Below, in pieces: positions 39,154 through 51,361 of a stretch of DNA of 64,000 bases (its first letter is position 1; every line of letters starts with the position of its first letter). The notes beneath the pieces were generated by a model. That model saw only the letters and a program-made list of their open reading frames with translations, searched no databases and was not told the DNA's origin. The position numbers were made by a program, and so were the translations under genes. Source of the stretch: Epiperipatus broadwayi (taxonomy: Eukaryota > Animalia > Onychophora); NCBI GenBank assembly GCA_028023455.1, contig JAQFVV010000011.1, positions 5,642,001-5,706,000 of the forward strand. Reading direction: 5' to 3'.

Positions 39154-40180
39154 GTAAGAGTTGATTATGTAATATTAATGTTTATTATTGGTTTTTTAAA
39201 AATAAACGATTTTACCCGGTTCATTCTTGCTTTATCTGATATATTCTAAAATCTTTCTATCTTTTTGAACAATCATATTTTTTGTTGTTAATACAATACA
39301 TTAATTTTGTATTAAATAAAATTTGTCAACTTGTATTCATGTTAGTACTGACAATCTCTTGCTGACATCAATTATAATAATATATATTATTTAATGTAAT
39401 TAAAGTAATCTTGAGCATTATTGTATATATATAAAATATTCATTTTTATAAGAAAAATCTTTTTTTCATCTTGATTACAAAAATTTTATATCAGAAATTT
39501 AAAATGTTTCTGTATCTCAACATGACCATTTTTATAAACTTGTTTCATAGTTGAATTTATATAAATGTTCTTTTATAAAAAGGAGTAGGAAATTTTTTTC
39601 TTGAAAAAGATTTCAGAATGAAGTCAGAATGTCAAAATAATTGATCCAGTATTGTGGAAACTGTTCCTGATATTTACAAACTACGTAATATATCAAGAAA
39701 AAAAGTTTTAAGTATCTGAAGCTTGAGAAAAATCAATGTCAGTACTATTCTAGAAAAAAAGGAAGTAGCAAATTGGAAAGTGAAAATTACTAAACTATTA
39801 TCATACTAATTTTCAGTTTAAATAAAATCCTAAGGAATATTTTAAATGAAATATTAAATGTTTAAATAAAAAATCTTTTGGCAGATGAACAAGCTTGATT
39901 TATAAAAGACAGACCTACTTTTAGCAGATACTTTTACTCAGTCTTATTGCAGAGTATTATTTCTGCTATGATGTATTACTCTGGTGACTTATTATTCTAA
40001 GTTTGCAATATATTTAAAAAAATGCTTTGCAAGGGATGTGCAACAAACTTAATTGATCAAATTTGTCTGCAGATCCCATGGAGGCATTATTTTAAACATA
40101 TCACAACCTTAGAATAATACATCACCAGAGTAATACATCATACCACATGTAATATCAAACTTCAAATCTTAAAAAAAAGG

Positions 40181-40809
40181 TGGAGAAATATATTCATTAT
40201 GGAAATATATTGTTGAGGTTTTAATATTTTTGTGACTTTTTATTGCAACACTTTGTGCCATCATAAATACCCAGCATGTGTAATACCAAACTTCAAATCT
40301 AAAAAAAAAAAATCATCTTATTTCCAATGGTGGAGAGATATATTCATTATGGAAAAAGGAAAAATATGAAAAAGAACCCTGAAATATTTTTTAATTGGTA
40401 AGCTGTAACAAAGTTTTAGCATTAAGTTATTTTTTAAACTTAAAAAAAAAAAAGGGTGAACTGTAAGATAAAGTTTTAGCTTTAACTATGTATTTTAAAT
40501 ATTTTTTTTTTTTTATATATAAAAACATATATAAAATTTTAACAAATAAAAAAATCACAAATGTATAAAGTTTTAGCTGTAAATGTATTTTTAAATATAA
40601 AACCATATTACTTACAAATGATGTGAGATATAAAACTTTGTTTTTTATTTATTTGAAATTTGGTATTACACATGCTAGATGTTTATGGTGGCAACAAATG
40701 CCGAAATAAAACTCACAAAAAATACTAAATTAAAAACTCACACCTACATATTTTTATTTGTATTGTAATGTGTTTTTTTTTTTTTCCCCATAATGAATAT
40801 ATTTCTCCA
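40181..40809. mobile_element. Foldback/MITE-like element with long imperfect terminal inverted repeats
   Basis: TGGAGAAATATATTCATTATGG..AGCATGTGTAATACCAAACTTCAAAT (40181-40298) is mirrored by ATTTGAAATTTGGTATTACACATGCT..CCATAATGAATATATTTCTCCA (40651-40809); internal direct repeats. Confidence 0.65.
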
Positions 40810-40999
40810 TTTTGATAGCACAAAATCATACAGGTCAGCACATTTTACAACTTGGTGAAGTATATATTTGAGATTGATTAGTCATGCCAGGATTCTAGGA
40901 TGGTATGACATCAGAAATGGAAACTTTGAATAATTATTGCTGGATGAAAATATCAGAAGAGTAATATGTCATAGCAGGAATATTGAGTTTATGCATTTA

Positions 41000-41880
41000 T
41001 TTTATATATATCAGAAAAGTTTTAGTGGTATTGTGAGAAGAGTTTCAATTATTTTATGTAGATAGTAAAGCTATTAATTTTTAAAAAAATATATGTGATA
41101 ATTCAAAAGCATTTAGCAACATGAGAAAAATTGGAAGCTCATTTGAAATTTGAAAAGCCACAAAACAAGTAAATTCACTTCGAGCAAAATATATTAATTA
41201 TACATTGGAAAGAGAAATGAATAAGTTCAAAATAAATTTGTGTATACAAATGAAAATCAATATATTAAACTACGTAAATGAAAATAATCATTGAAAAAAA
41301 TGAAATATTGAAGGAGCAAAATAATATAGTTTGCACAAACATAGTCAAAAGCAAAAACAACAGTACTGATAATGAACTTAACTACTATAGTTATTTTTAT
41401 GCCTTAAAAATAAAATGGACTGCCATTAAGAAATAATAGTAAGAGCAGTTAGAGCAAGAATATGCTTAGTCAAGATTTGGAAAAGCAAAGAAGTCAGTTA
41501 CGAATCAAATTATATGTTTTTACCATGTGCTATCAGCCTTTGAAAAGACTTGCTACAGAATATTGTAAAGAATTATCTAGATATAAATGTTGATTAAGAA
41601 CTGCATTTAAAAAAGAATTGGAGAAAAAATTTTGTGTTGAAAAATCATAGAATAGAAATGATCCATGTTTGGCCATATACGTCAAATGAATTATGATTTT
41701 AAATTAAAAGACCTTTTTGATATCGCATAAAGCACAATTGAAATAAACACAAAGTTGGTGATACTAAAGAATAATGTGTTGCTTGTTTGTATTCAAAAGA
41801 TAGCCAAAATTGGAAAAAGGGTTTTTTTTTTTTAAAGCATTGTGCACTTTTGAATGTTGACTCCATGGCTTCTTTTGAAG
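41000..41880 (+). mobile_element. Highly decayed RTE-like LINE fragment
   Basis: A-rich stretch with SMFGHIRQMN (about 41660-41690) resembling the RTE C-terminal WFGH..RM motif; little else recognisable. Confidence 0.3.
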
Positions 41881-42352
41881 AAGAAGAGGTTAATTTAACT
41901 AGAATGCAACTATCATAGATATATTGTAGAAAGAAATATTCACATTTTTAGATTGAATACTTATAAAGCAAACACTCTTCAATCAATGTTAACATTTTTA
42001 AAATCCAGAACAACTTTTTTCACACTAGGTGGGGTAAAAGTTTTGTTAGATTAAAAAAAAAAGCATTAACTTTGATTAGCAAGTGTTTGCTTTTCATAGA
42101 TATATGGTTATATACAGAATATTAAAGATCATGTGGACATAAATTATAAGTAGTCAAAATAAGAGTCATAGATCAATTCATAGATCACATGACCCTATCT
42201 CTTAAGCTTGTAAGTTATAAACTACTAGCTATTTGAGTTGAATAGCTGGGTTTGAAGACATGTAGATGTCTGAAAATTTCAGATTTTCCACTCAATAGAT
42301 AACTTTTAGCTAAGTGCTTAGCTTTGGGTTGATATTTTTAGATCTAGTGTCT

Positions 42353-42424
42353 GAACCTACCCTGACACCTCTCTGAGGAGTGCCAAAGCACGAAACCATG
42401 GTCAGGGGTTTGGGGGGGGGGTTC
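42353..42424 (+). ncRNA. Canonical minimal type I hammerhead ribozyme
   Basis: Stem I ACCTCT (42367-42372) with AGGGGT (42404-42409); core CTGAGGA 42373-42379; stem II GTGC-caaa-GCAC; GAAA 42392-42395; palindromic stem III ACCATGGT; cleavage triplet GTC, cut after 42403; stem I extends via GAACC (42353-42357) and GGTTC (42420-42424). Confidence 0.88.
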
Positions 42425-45400
42425 CTGACAGATATATTTTAAGTGCTGGCTCTGGCTAAGCATTTATCATAAAGCTTGTAGAGGAATTGGCAATCCTCGC
42501 TGTTTATAAATTATAAGTGTTTTGAAAATGATAATAATAATTGTTAAAAGTAAAATGTATTATAATTTTTATTTTGAAGTAAATAATAATTATTTTATAA
42601 AAAAACGAGGATGCTATAGAAACCAGTCACAAAAGCTCTCTTCAATAATCTCTTATAGATAAAAAGGAGGATTTAGTGTTACTTCTTTATCACATCACTT
42701 ATTGGAAATAAGTCATCAAAAATTGTAATGCCAAAGCTAAATATGTAGAACTTATTTGCTAGAAGAAGAAAACTAGTCATCTAAATTGATTATCACATAG
42801 AAATATTTTTTTTTATAAATTAATTAGTAAATCTACTTATTTCAATGCACTGTCTGGGGACCCCTTATAGGAAAATTACTATGGAAACTACCATGGAATG
42901 AATCAAAAAGAAGTTAAAATGTGAGTATTGCTAGCAGATGGTTAAAATTAATGATTTTAATGGCCATATATACACATTCGTAGAGACAGAAATATATGTG
43001 AGCTCACATATTATAAGCTTTTTCTCGATGAATCATAAATCCACAAATATTTTTTTTCATGCATGCTCTTCATATAATTTTTAAGTATAAATATGTAGAT
43101 ACATTGTTATTAGTATTATTATCATTCTATTTGTTAATTAAAGTTATTGTTAATAATTTTGTTGTTTGTTATTTTTTATCTGAAGTTCAAGCTAATTATT
43201 TATTTTATCATTTAATAATAGTATTAAGATAGAGGGAGGGGGTAGCAATTAAGAAATATAATTGAATCTGCATAGAGATTTGATTTTTATATATGATTAA
43301 TTTGATTGTTACCTCTGACTATGATAGATTTGTCAACTAAAAATAAAATTGTTTAGTTATCTCCACCATGTACATAGTCACCCATTAGTTATCTTTATTT
43401 TCCTAGACAAAAATTAATTTTCGAATATTGTTTTCCATCTTATTCTTAATTTTATTATTACCAATTGTTTAAAAAGGGCAGTTACTGTTACATATATATA
43501 TTGATATTATTTCTATTGTATAAAAATTTAAACTGGAGGGAATATTCTAATTATGATTTTCATGTAAAATTAGAAATCATTATTTATGGTTTAGTAGAAG
43601 ATATATACAATGAAAATAGTAATGCGCTATAATGTAACAGACCGTCAGACATAATTGCTTTAACTGTTCATGCCAAAAATGTAATGGACTGAGGTCTGGC
43701 ATAATTTCCAGATGGATACTCAATGTATTAAAATGAAACAGCAAAGCAATGGAATATTGTTGATGGAGAATATGGGAAAAGGTCTACATTATACTTGACC
43801 AATATTTAAGCTTGTCTACAACAGTTAAGTTTTAAAATTAGGTCAAAATACAATTTTAAATGGTATACCCAGAACCCTCCCAACTTACAGGTCCTATGAC
43901 ATCTCTGAGTTCAAACTCAGTGAAGAAATTTGCCTTTAACTCTACTCAAAGATGGATTTAAATAGGATGACAATAACGTGACCTCTATATAGGTCCCTAA
44001 TGGCTTTTACTAATGAATATATTCAAATTGTGTACACATGTATGATAGATGTTCTGGTGAGTGAAGCATGAATGATGCTTGATAATCTAGAGACCAGAGA
44101 AACAAATATTTTAACTTCAAAGAACAAATATTTATTAATAAAATCTGGATTAAATTAATAACATTTATAACTTAATAAAAATATATACATGAATATAATA
44201 AAATATGGATCTCTCTTTACTATAATACGAGTAGTTGTAAGTTAAATCTTAAACATATCAATCAAAATAAAAATTATGAAATTACAATGCACAATGTAGA
44301 ATAAACTATTATTTTGAGGATCAAATTATATTATTAGATGTTCAATGTTTTATTTCATGGTGTTATCTGAATGTATATTACACTTATATCTATGGATTGT
44401 TAATAAATGTTTTATAGATAGAGTTCATTCATGACTGTTAATCATCCAAACACGAAAATTTACTCATATATAATTACCTGTTAGTAAGTAAAATAAATAT
44501 TTAATTTTATATATTAAATGCCTAATTAAATGTAGATGTTTAAAAATCTTACCTTTGTATTTTAAAGTCAATGTCCAGATGTCAATTCTAATGCACCCAA
44601 TTATACTATGATTTTATTTACAAATATATATATATATGTATACCTTGAGTTGTGTATTTATATTTCTCTCCTCCTATCAAAATTTAAACAAAATGGGTTC
44701 TTTACATTTTAAGATTTATGGGGGGGGAAAATGTTTTCTGCAAATATGTAAAAGGGTGAGAAAAATAGTAACTCAACTCTCAGTATACACCAAAAAATAC
44801 AAATATAAAATATTTAAGAGCATCAAAATGGAATGAAATCTTGGACTTCTTTAAAAATAAAAGGTTAAAATTTGTAAGAGTGGCTTCAGTGTTTTTTAAG
44901 CAGATGGTGTCTTTCTTTTATTGGAGCATGTTGAATGATTTCAAACTCCAACCACTTAAAACAATTCCCATGATGAAAAAGAACTCATAAAGCTCCCGAT
45001 TTTGTAGCAGTTTCCTTTCTGATTCCATAAGAACTTCCTCTAAATCAGCTCATTTAGATACTAGGCATACCAATGGTTACACTTTATCACTATCTGATGA
45101 CACAAAGAAGGCACAAAGATCCTGTGACAATTAATTTAGCAAGATTGCATCATTATGCTATATATATATCCAAATACGTAGTTAAATGTAGGTTTTTTTT
45201 CTCAAAGTTTATAATATAAATAGAAACGTTATTTATATGCAGTATTTTGCTTCAAAAGAAATACAAATTAGTATTTTAAAATTCTATTTCATTATTAGTT
45301 TGCTTTTTTTTTTTTTTTTTTTTTAAAGCATTTTATAATAATTATACTTTTGTAGTTGATAAGCAAATATAAATCTCTCAGAACTTTCGAATGAAAATTC

Positions 45401-46316
45401 ATAACTTAAATAAAGAATGTCTCTTTTCTTTTTAAAATATTCTGCACCTTACCAAATCAATAATAAATAAATGCAATTCAAGATATTAAACAGTTTTTTT
45501 TAAACGAAATTGAATCATGATAATCAATATAACAACAATAATAAAAATATTCTTATTCTAAATCTTTGCTTCAACTGTATTCCATTTTTAACAACCAACA
45601 ACAACTGTTGCTTAGTTGTTTTTTTTTCACGTTCCAAAATCAGTAAATGTTTACTTTTTTTTTACTCTTTTATATAAAAGAAACTTGATTGCTAGCATCT
45701 CTTAACGTTAGATTATTATGTCTGTCACGTCATGATTAAAACTATTAAATCTATAATGTATAAATGTTTCACATTTATTTTAACAAAATAATATATAAAT
45801 TCATTCCTTTCTGAGGGCATGGTTATTTATATATATGTCTCAAAATATCCTAAAACTATTCAATGTGTTTTAAAGGTTGGGTGCCTATATAATCTTCATA
45901 ACCTTAGCTTGTCATTCCAAAACATCAGTTATTATTATTATTATTATTTTTTATAAGGATTGGGCATCACATTACAATATATTTTAAATTTTTGTAAAGA
46001 AAATTAATAGGAGTTATATAGGCATATAGTGCTCTAAATCTGGTTACATTAATCTAGTGCAAATTTCAAAATAACTTAAGAGTTAGGTTAGCAGAATTTC
46101 TGATTTAAGTTAGAAAATTAAAGTTAACTACTTAGAGATTTTCAGTTTTTATTAGTTTATTAAACTGATTTTGTATGTGATGATTATAATTATTTTCTTT
46201 TTTTCAAATTTATTCTTTTTTTACTATTATTATTTTAAATTACTAGAAAAATTTTAACCTATTTTTTATTAGAGATTACTTTAATCGATTTTTTTTTTTT
46301 AATTATTTTATTTTAG

Positions 46317-46538
46317 CAACAAATAGCCAAAGATTTTCAAAATAATGAAAATAAATCGACATTGAAACGGGCAAATCGTCGAACTTCATCATTCCTTAAA
46401 ATTCCAAGGTTTTATTATCCTTGCGGTCGTCCAATTTCACCAACAGAACATGAAAATATTTTGCAAAAAATAGCAATGACCTTTTCTAAATTTGAAGATG
46501 GAAAAGTTACCAAAGAAAATTTTAAAGTTATTACTAAG
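46317..46538 (+). CDS. PPP2R3A: Internal exon of serine/threonine-protein phosphatase 2A regulatory subunit B'' (PR72/PR130, PPP2R3A/B-like)
   Basis: TTTTAG acceptor at 46316, AAG/GTAAGA donor at 46539, 222 nt, phase 0-0. QQIAKD..LKIPRFYYPCGRPISPTEHENILQKIAMTFSKFEDGKVTKENFKVITK matches the family segment IPRFYFPxGxP..(H)EQTLSRIETAF..GKIAK that precedes xCGCPLYWK. A versus B orthology cannot be resolved; the ORF-track tail after ITK is intron read-through. Confidence 0.88.
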
Positions 46539-49460
46539 GTAAGAAATAGGTATAACCAGTCTCATTTTTTCTCATTTTTAGATAAACAATATTTAAGAAT
46601 TATTTGTCTTTTCTTTTTTTATTTATTTTTATACATTATTAATAGAAAATACTTTCAAAAAACTATTTTGAAAATAATTTTACTGTAAAATGGTAACAAT
46701 TTTAAACTGATTTTTTTTTGTTAAATATAATATATTAAAAATTTTTAAGCATTATAACTTGTGATTAAATAGCAAAATTTCTTTATGAAGCTACTTAATG
46801 GCATTTCTTTCTCTTTGAAAGAATATGTTATTGATGTAATGAAGAATAATATTAATTATTGTAACAAAAAATAAACAATTATAGTCTTGCAGGTAAGCAT
46901 GCAGGTTTTGAATAAAATAGTGATCATAATTTTGAAAGTGAAATTGTATTACCCACAAAACAAGTGGAGTTCCACAAGTCAAATTGAATAGAAAAATTAG
47001 AAAAGGTTGTAAATAATTTAAAAACTGTTTATTAGAGATTTTCTTAGAACTACATTTTTGAATGATATTTTATTGCAGCAAAAGATTTCACAGTAAATAG
47101 TTTTTATTCTGAAAGGTAATATGTATTTATGAAATTCATTAAGTTTTTCCAGGCATTCTGCAAGATTCAGATTCTTTGGATAATTGTTATACTATATATA
47201 ATGAAAGACCAATCTGGAGGATGCATATAATTCAGGGAAAACCATCCTTTGCCAGTTGGCTAGAGTACTACTAATCATCCATGCAAATATAGTAACTTTT
47301 TTATATTAATAAAATTGACTGATCTAATATTAAAGTATCAATAAACCATATAATGATCATCTATAAATTGACCTATTTCAACATAGCCAAAGATTAAACA
47401 TGGCAGAATCATTTAAAACTCATTACATAAACCTTGTTTAATAACTTAACATCTAATAAATATTTAATTTATATATTCAATTAACTGATTATTGATTCCA
47501 TTATCTCAATGAAAAATGAAAAATCTTTCTCTAATAATTTTGTAGGTAGTTTAGAATTAGTGACACTTTCAATTGATATTCTCATTTTTATGTTTTTTGT
47601 TTTAAAGATTAAAAAACTTTATATTTAAAAAAAAAAGTTTTTGAATTCAAATTCATATAAAAAAACTATTATGATGATGAGATTTATATTTTAAAAAATG
47701 AGTTAAAATAAATTATTACCAATATGCTAAAACAATTAGGAACAAAAGTAATTTTTTGACATTTAGTTTTGTTTAATTTTAAATATTTTAGTTATATTGT
47801 ATTCAGAACTTTGAAAAAAATTAATTTGAATTCAAGACCCCATTTTTAAAGTATAAAGTTTACTAAACCTAACCCAATATTTCCAAATATATTCACAAAG
47901 TTAGAATCAATATGGTAGAAAGCAGTGCTAATCCCAACGTATCATTTTGTAAAGACTATAAAAAGCAGACTTTTAATGGAATGTTCTTAGAAAATCATTT
48001 ATCAGGATATCAAATTTTGTCAGTTATCCATGCATAATTAACAAATTAACTATTTGTTTGTTAAAGTCCTAAAATTACTCATTAACTGCTGTTTTTAATT
48101 ATCATCTGGAAATAATTCAAAATTAATATCTTTATTTTTAATAATTCTTTTATTGATGAAGTTGTTTTTTTTTTACTTCAGCAATGTGTAGTTTTTGTTT
48201 TTGTAAGGAGTATACCATAGCATTTATTTTTTTGTCATTATTATCCATTTTATTAGTGAAGTTCTCGTAATGTTTAAGTGAAAAAATATATATATATATA
48301 TTTTATTTTTTATACTTATACCATCATCCACTTCTCATGTTATTTAAGATTAGTATAAAAATGGCATCATGTTTATTTAACTTCTAAAGGATTATGGTAT
48401 ATTAAGTTTTCTTATTAACATGTATGATTTGTTCAGCTGTTTTACAGTATAGCAATTTTTTATTACTTCATCTATAATTTCATAATACATAACATTTCAA
48501 TTTTCCATAATTTAAAAAAAATAATAAAAATATTGCCTTGATAAATGTGTGAACATTTCTGGGATGAAGAACCCTGCAAGTTTTTTTGTTGCAAGTATTC
48601 TGTGTTAGATTGCACATATAATGATTGTTAAATTATTATTTTTAACAAAGTTTTTTTTTATCTTAAACTATAAAATAATTAAAGAACTAATTTAAAATCT
48701 CATCACTATGACTTATTTCTCACAAGGTAACTTCTATGTATTTGTCAAATCACTATATTTTGCACTTCTCCTTCCATCATTCCAAGCAACTCTTTTTAAA
48801 TATATATAATTGAAAGCAACTCATAAAAATATAAACCTATTTTTGGAAGAATAATAAATGCCAAAATTTATTAAAGAATAATTGTCTTTATACTATTAAT
48901 TTTAAAAACTTGAACATTATAAAGAGATATTAGGTAAAAAATATATATATTATAATATTTGAAGCAGAGACAAAAAAACAAAGACTTGAAAAAAATAGAG
49001 TAGAATACTGTTTTTTAAGATGAACACTATAAGGATATCAGGTTCAGAAAAGCAGTGATCAAGGCTATACTTAGGACAAATATAATGACTGATAATAGAA
49101 TGATAAAGTGAAATAATTTGAAAAGAAGTTGTAAGAGACGTGTCATTGATTAATTAAACTATTCTATTTTACATGTATTCTAACATATGAAAATAAACTG
49201 AAATATACAAAAATAAGAATGTTATTCAATAAAAATAGTAGATTTTTGGTTTGGGCATATCTAAAAGATCAAGATGTTCTGAAGATTATATTGGGGGGAT
49301 GGGCATTATTAAAAAATTTGGGCATGTCATATATTAGCCCATATTTGGGGTTTGAATTTATCTCGTATAAAATTGTTTTCAGCTAATTATTGTCAGGAAA
49401 TGGATGCCTAGCTATCTTTAACTAAAAGATAAAGCAAGAATGGAAAACAGTAAAGTACAG

Positions 49461-49620
49461 CTTTTTTTTTTTTTGTGAGGGACTGTTGGATAGGCCTTTG
49501 AGAAAAATGATCTGTTTATTTGAAAAAGTGTTTTACCTTTTTTTTTTTTTTTTGTGAGGGACTGTTGGATAGGCCTTTGAGAAAAATGATCTGTTTATTT
49601 AAAAAAATGTTTTACCTTTT
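49461..49620. repeat. 79-bp-period tandem duplication bounded by poly-T
   Basis: GTGAGGGACTGTTGGATAGGCCTTTGAGAAAAATGATCTGTTTATTT at 49475 and 49554. Confidence 0.95.
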
Positions 49621-50229
49621 ATTTACCAAATCAAAAAAAATGTGAAAACCAAAAAAAAAAAAAAATGTAGATTTTAAAATAAACAATAATTTTAACAAAA
49701 AGCTTTAGCTATTAAAACAATAGCAAAGTTTTCCACATAATAGTGCTACCTAGTACACGCTCTAATAATTAATGGATGCTTGAGGGTGATATATGATATT
49801 TAAAGTTTTAACTATCTCAAAGTATATTCATGTCAATAAAAATCATTGGAAAAGTTAGCACTAATACTAAGGTGAGTGGATGGGTTGTTTTTGAAAAACT
49901 CCAGAATCAAAAATTAGATTTGATTTTGATAACACTTTTTAGAATTGAGAATAAACTTAAAGAAGTAAACCAACCTATGTTAATATTGATCCATATATTA
50001 TTTTGAATCATTAGTATTTAATAAAAAAGATGAAGATTGATACTTAAAGATAAGTTAAAAGAAAAAATACATTACTATCATTCTCAAAAGTGTAAAATGA
50101 ATTAGATATAACAGAAAAAGATATACAACAGAATGCTAGGAAAAATCTTATATGGAATAGCATTCATATTAATTTGAACCTTTAAAAGACTTAAAAGGAT
50201 TGTTAGATATATAAGTGTAGAATTCTATT

Positions 50230-50720
50230 CATTATCATTATTAACATTTCCACCCATTTTCAATCAACTGCTGGATGGTTTCTCCAAGTTTAATCCAGTT
50301 TCTCTGATCCATAGCTTCTCTTGTCTAAACCACATCAGAAAACTTCCTTATTTCATCTATCCATTTTATGTGTGATTTCTTACTAGGTCTTTTACAATCT
50401 TTTGGTATCCCATTTAAAACTTCCACTGTTCATCTATTATCTCTTCTAGCAATATCTGTCCAATACAAGAGTATTTTGAAGATTAAAGTGGTAAACTAAA
50501 GAAGTAAAAGTAAATAGAGATTATTTAAATCATCTGAGTTTTGCATTTGATGTGGCTATTTGTATCAAAGTTTCAGAAAATGTTCAAGAATTATCAGATG
50601 AAAGTAAGAAACCAGAACTAAGAATAAATGATAAAAAAAAAAAACCAAGAAACTAAAGATTAATAATCATGAATTAGAAGAAGTTAACAATTAAAATATC
50701 TTGATCAGATTTTTATCAAT
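50230..50720. mobile_element. RTE LINE insertion with inverted 5' part
   Basis: 50230-50461 is the RTE 3' end on - (homologous to 23580-23790); 50462-50720 is an upstream RT segment on + (DYLNHLSFAFD, ELSDESKK.ELRIN, HELEEVNN*KYLDQI). Confidence 0.75.
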
Positions 50721-51361
50721 AATTTGTTAAGTTAAATTTTTTTCATTCTCGTTGCAGACTTTGATTTCAATGGTATAACTGCAACACAATATTATTTTTG
50801 TAGGTATACTTTTCCATTTCTTTTATCAGAAACACTGAATTATATATTTCAAATATATTTTATTAATATGTAACATTATTATTTATTATTAGTATAATTA
50901 AATATTAATATGTTTAATGTTATTTATTAAAATTCTTTTATTATTAAACTATGATTTCTTTATATATATATATAATTATTTTGTAAGGAATATAATTCTG
51001 ATATGATGATAATCATCCTTTATGCATGTACCATAATTTTAATATTAATTTAATACCCTTCATATATGCACCAAACTTTTATTTAACATCGTTAATTTAA
51101 TATTAAAAGTATAGCAATTATCTTCATATCAGAATTACAGTTTGACAATCCACTAGTAAAAAAACTTCTAGATTATTTCCATTCAAAGGAATATAATTGT
51201 AAATTCTGACTATTTGATCTTTCTCAGTTTATGAAAATGATTTCATTTCTATGAAATCAGTTTTTTTAAATTATTATTTAAAAATTTTAATGGTTATGAT
51301 ATAACTCTATCATTGACTTTGTTATATTAACATATAAATTATTTCTTCTTTTATAAACTGT

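Noticed and set aside
45094-45140. CTGATGA core motif
   Set aside because: No downstream GAAA or flanking stems.
46822-46892. AG..CAG/GTAAGC-bounded candidate exon after the PP2A exon
   Set aside because: Stops in all three frames; at most an unsupported poison exon.
46791-46982. Minus-strand ORF TCGTPLVLW resembling the next PPP2R3 exon (xCGCPLYW)
   Set aside because: Wrong strand, no acceptor, and no similarity beyond a few residues.
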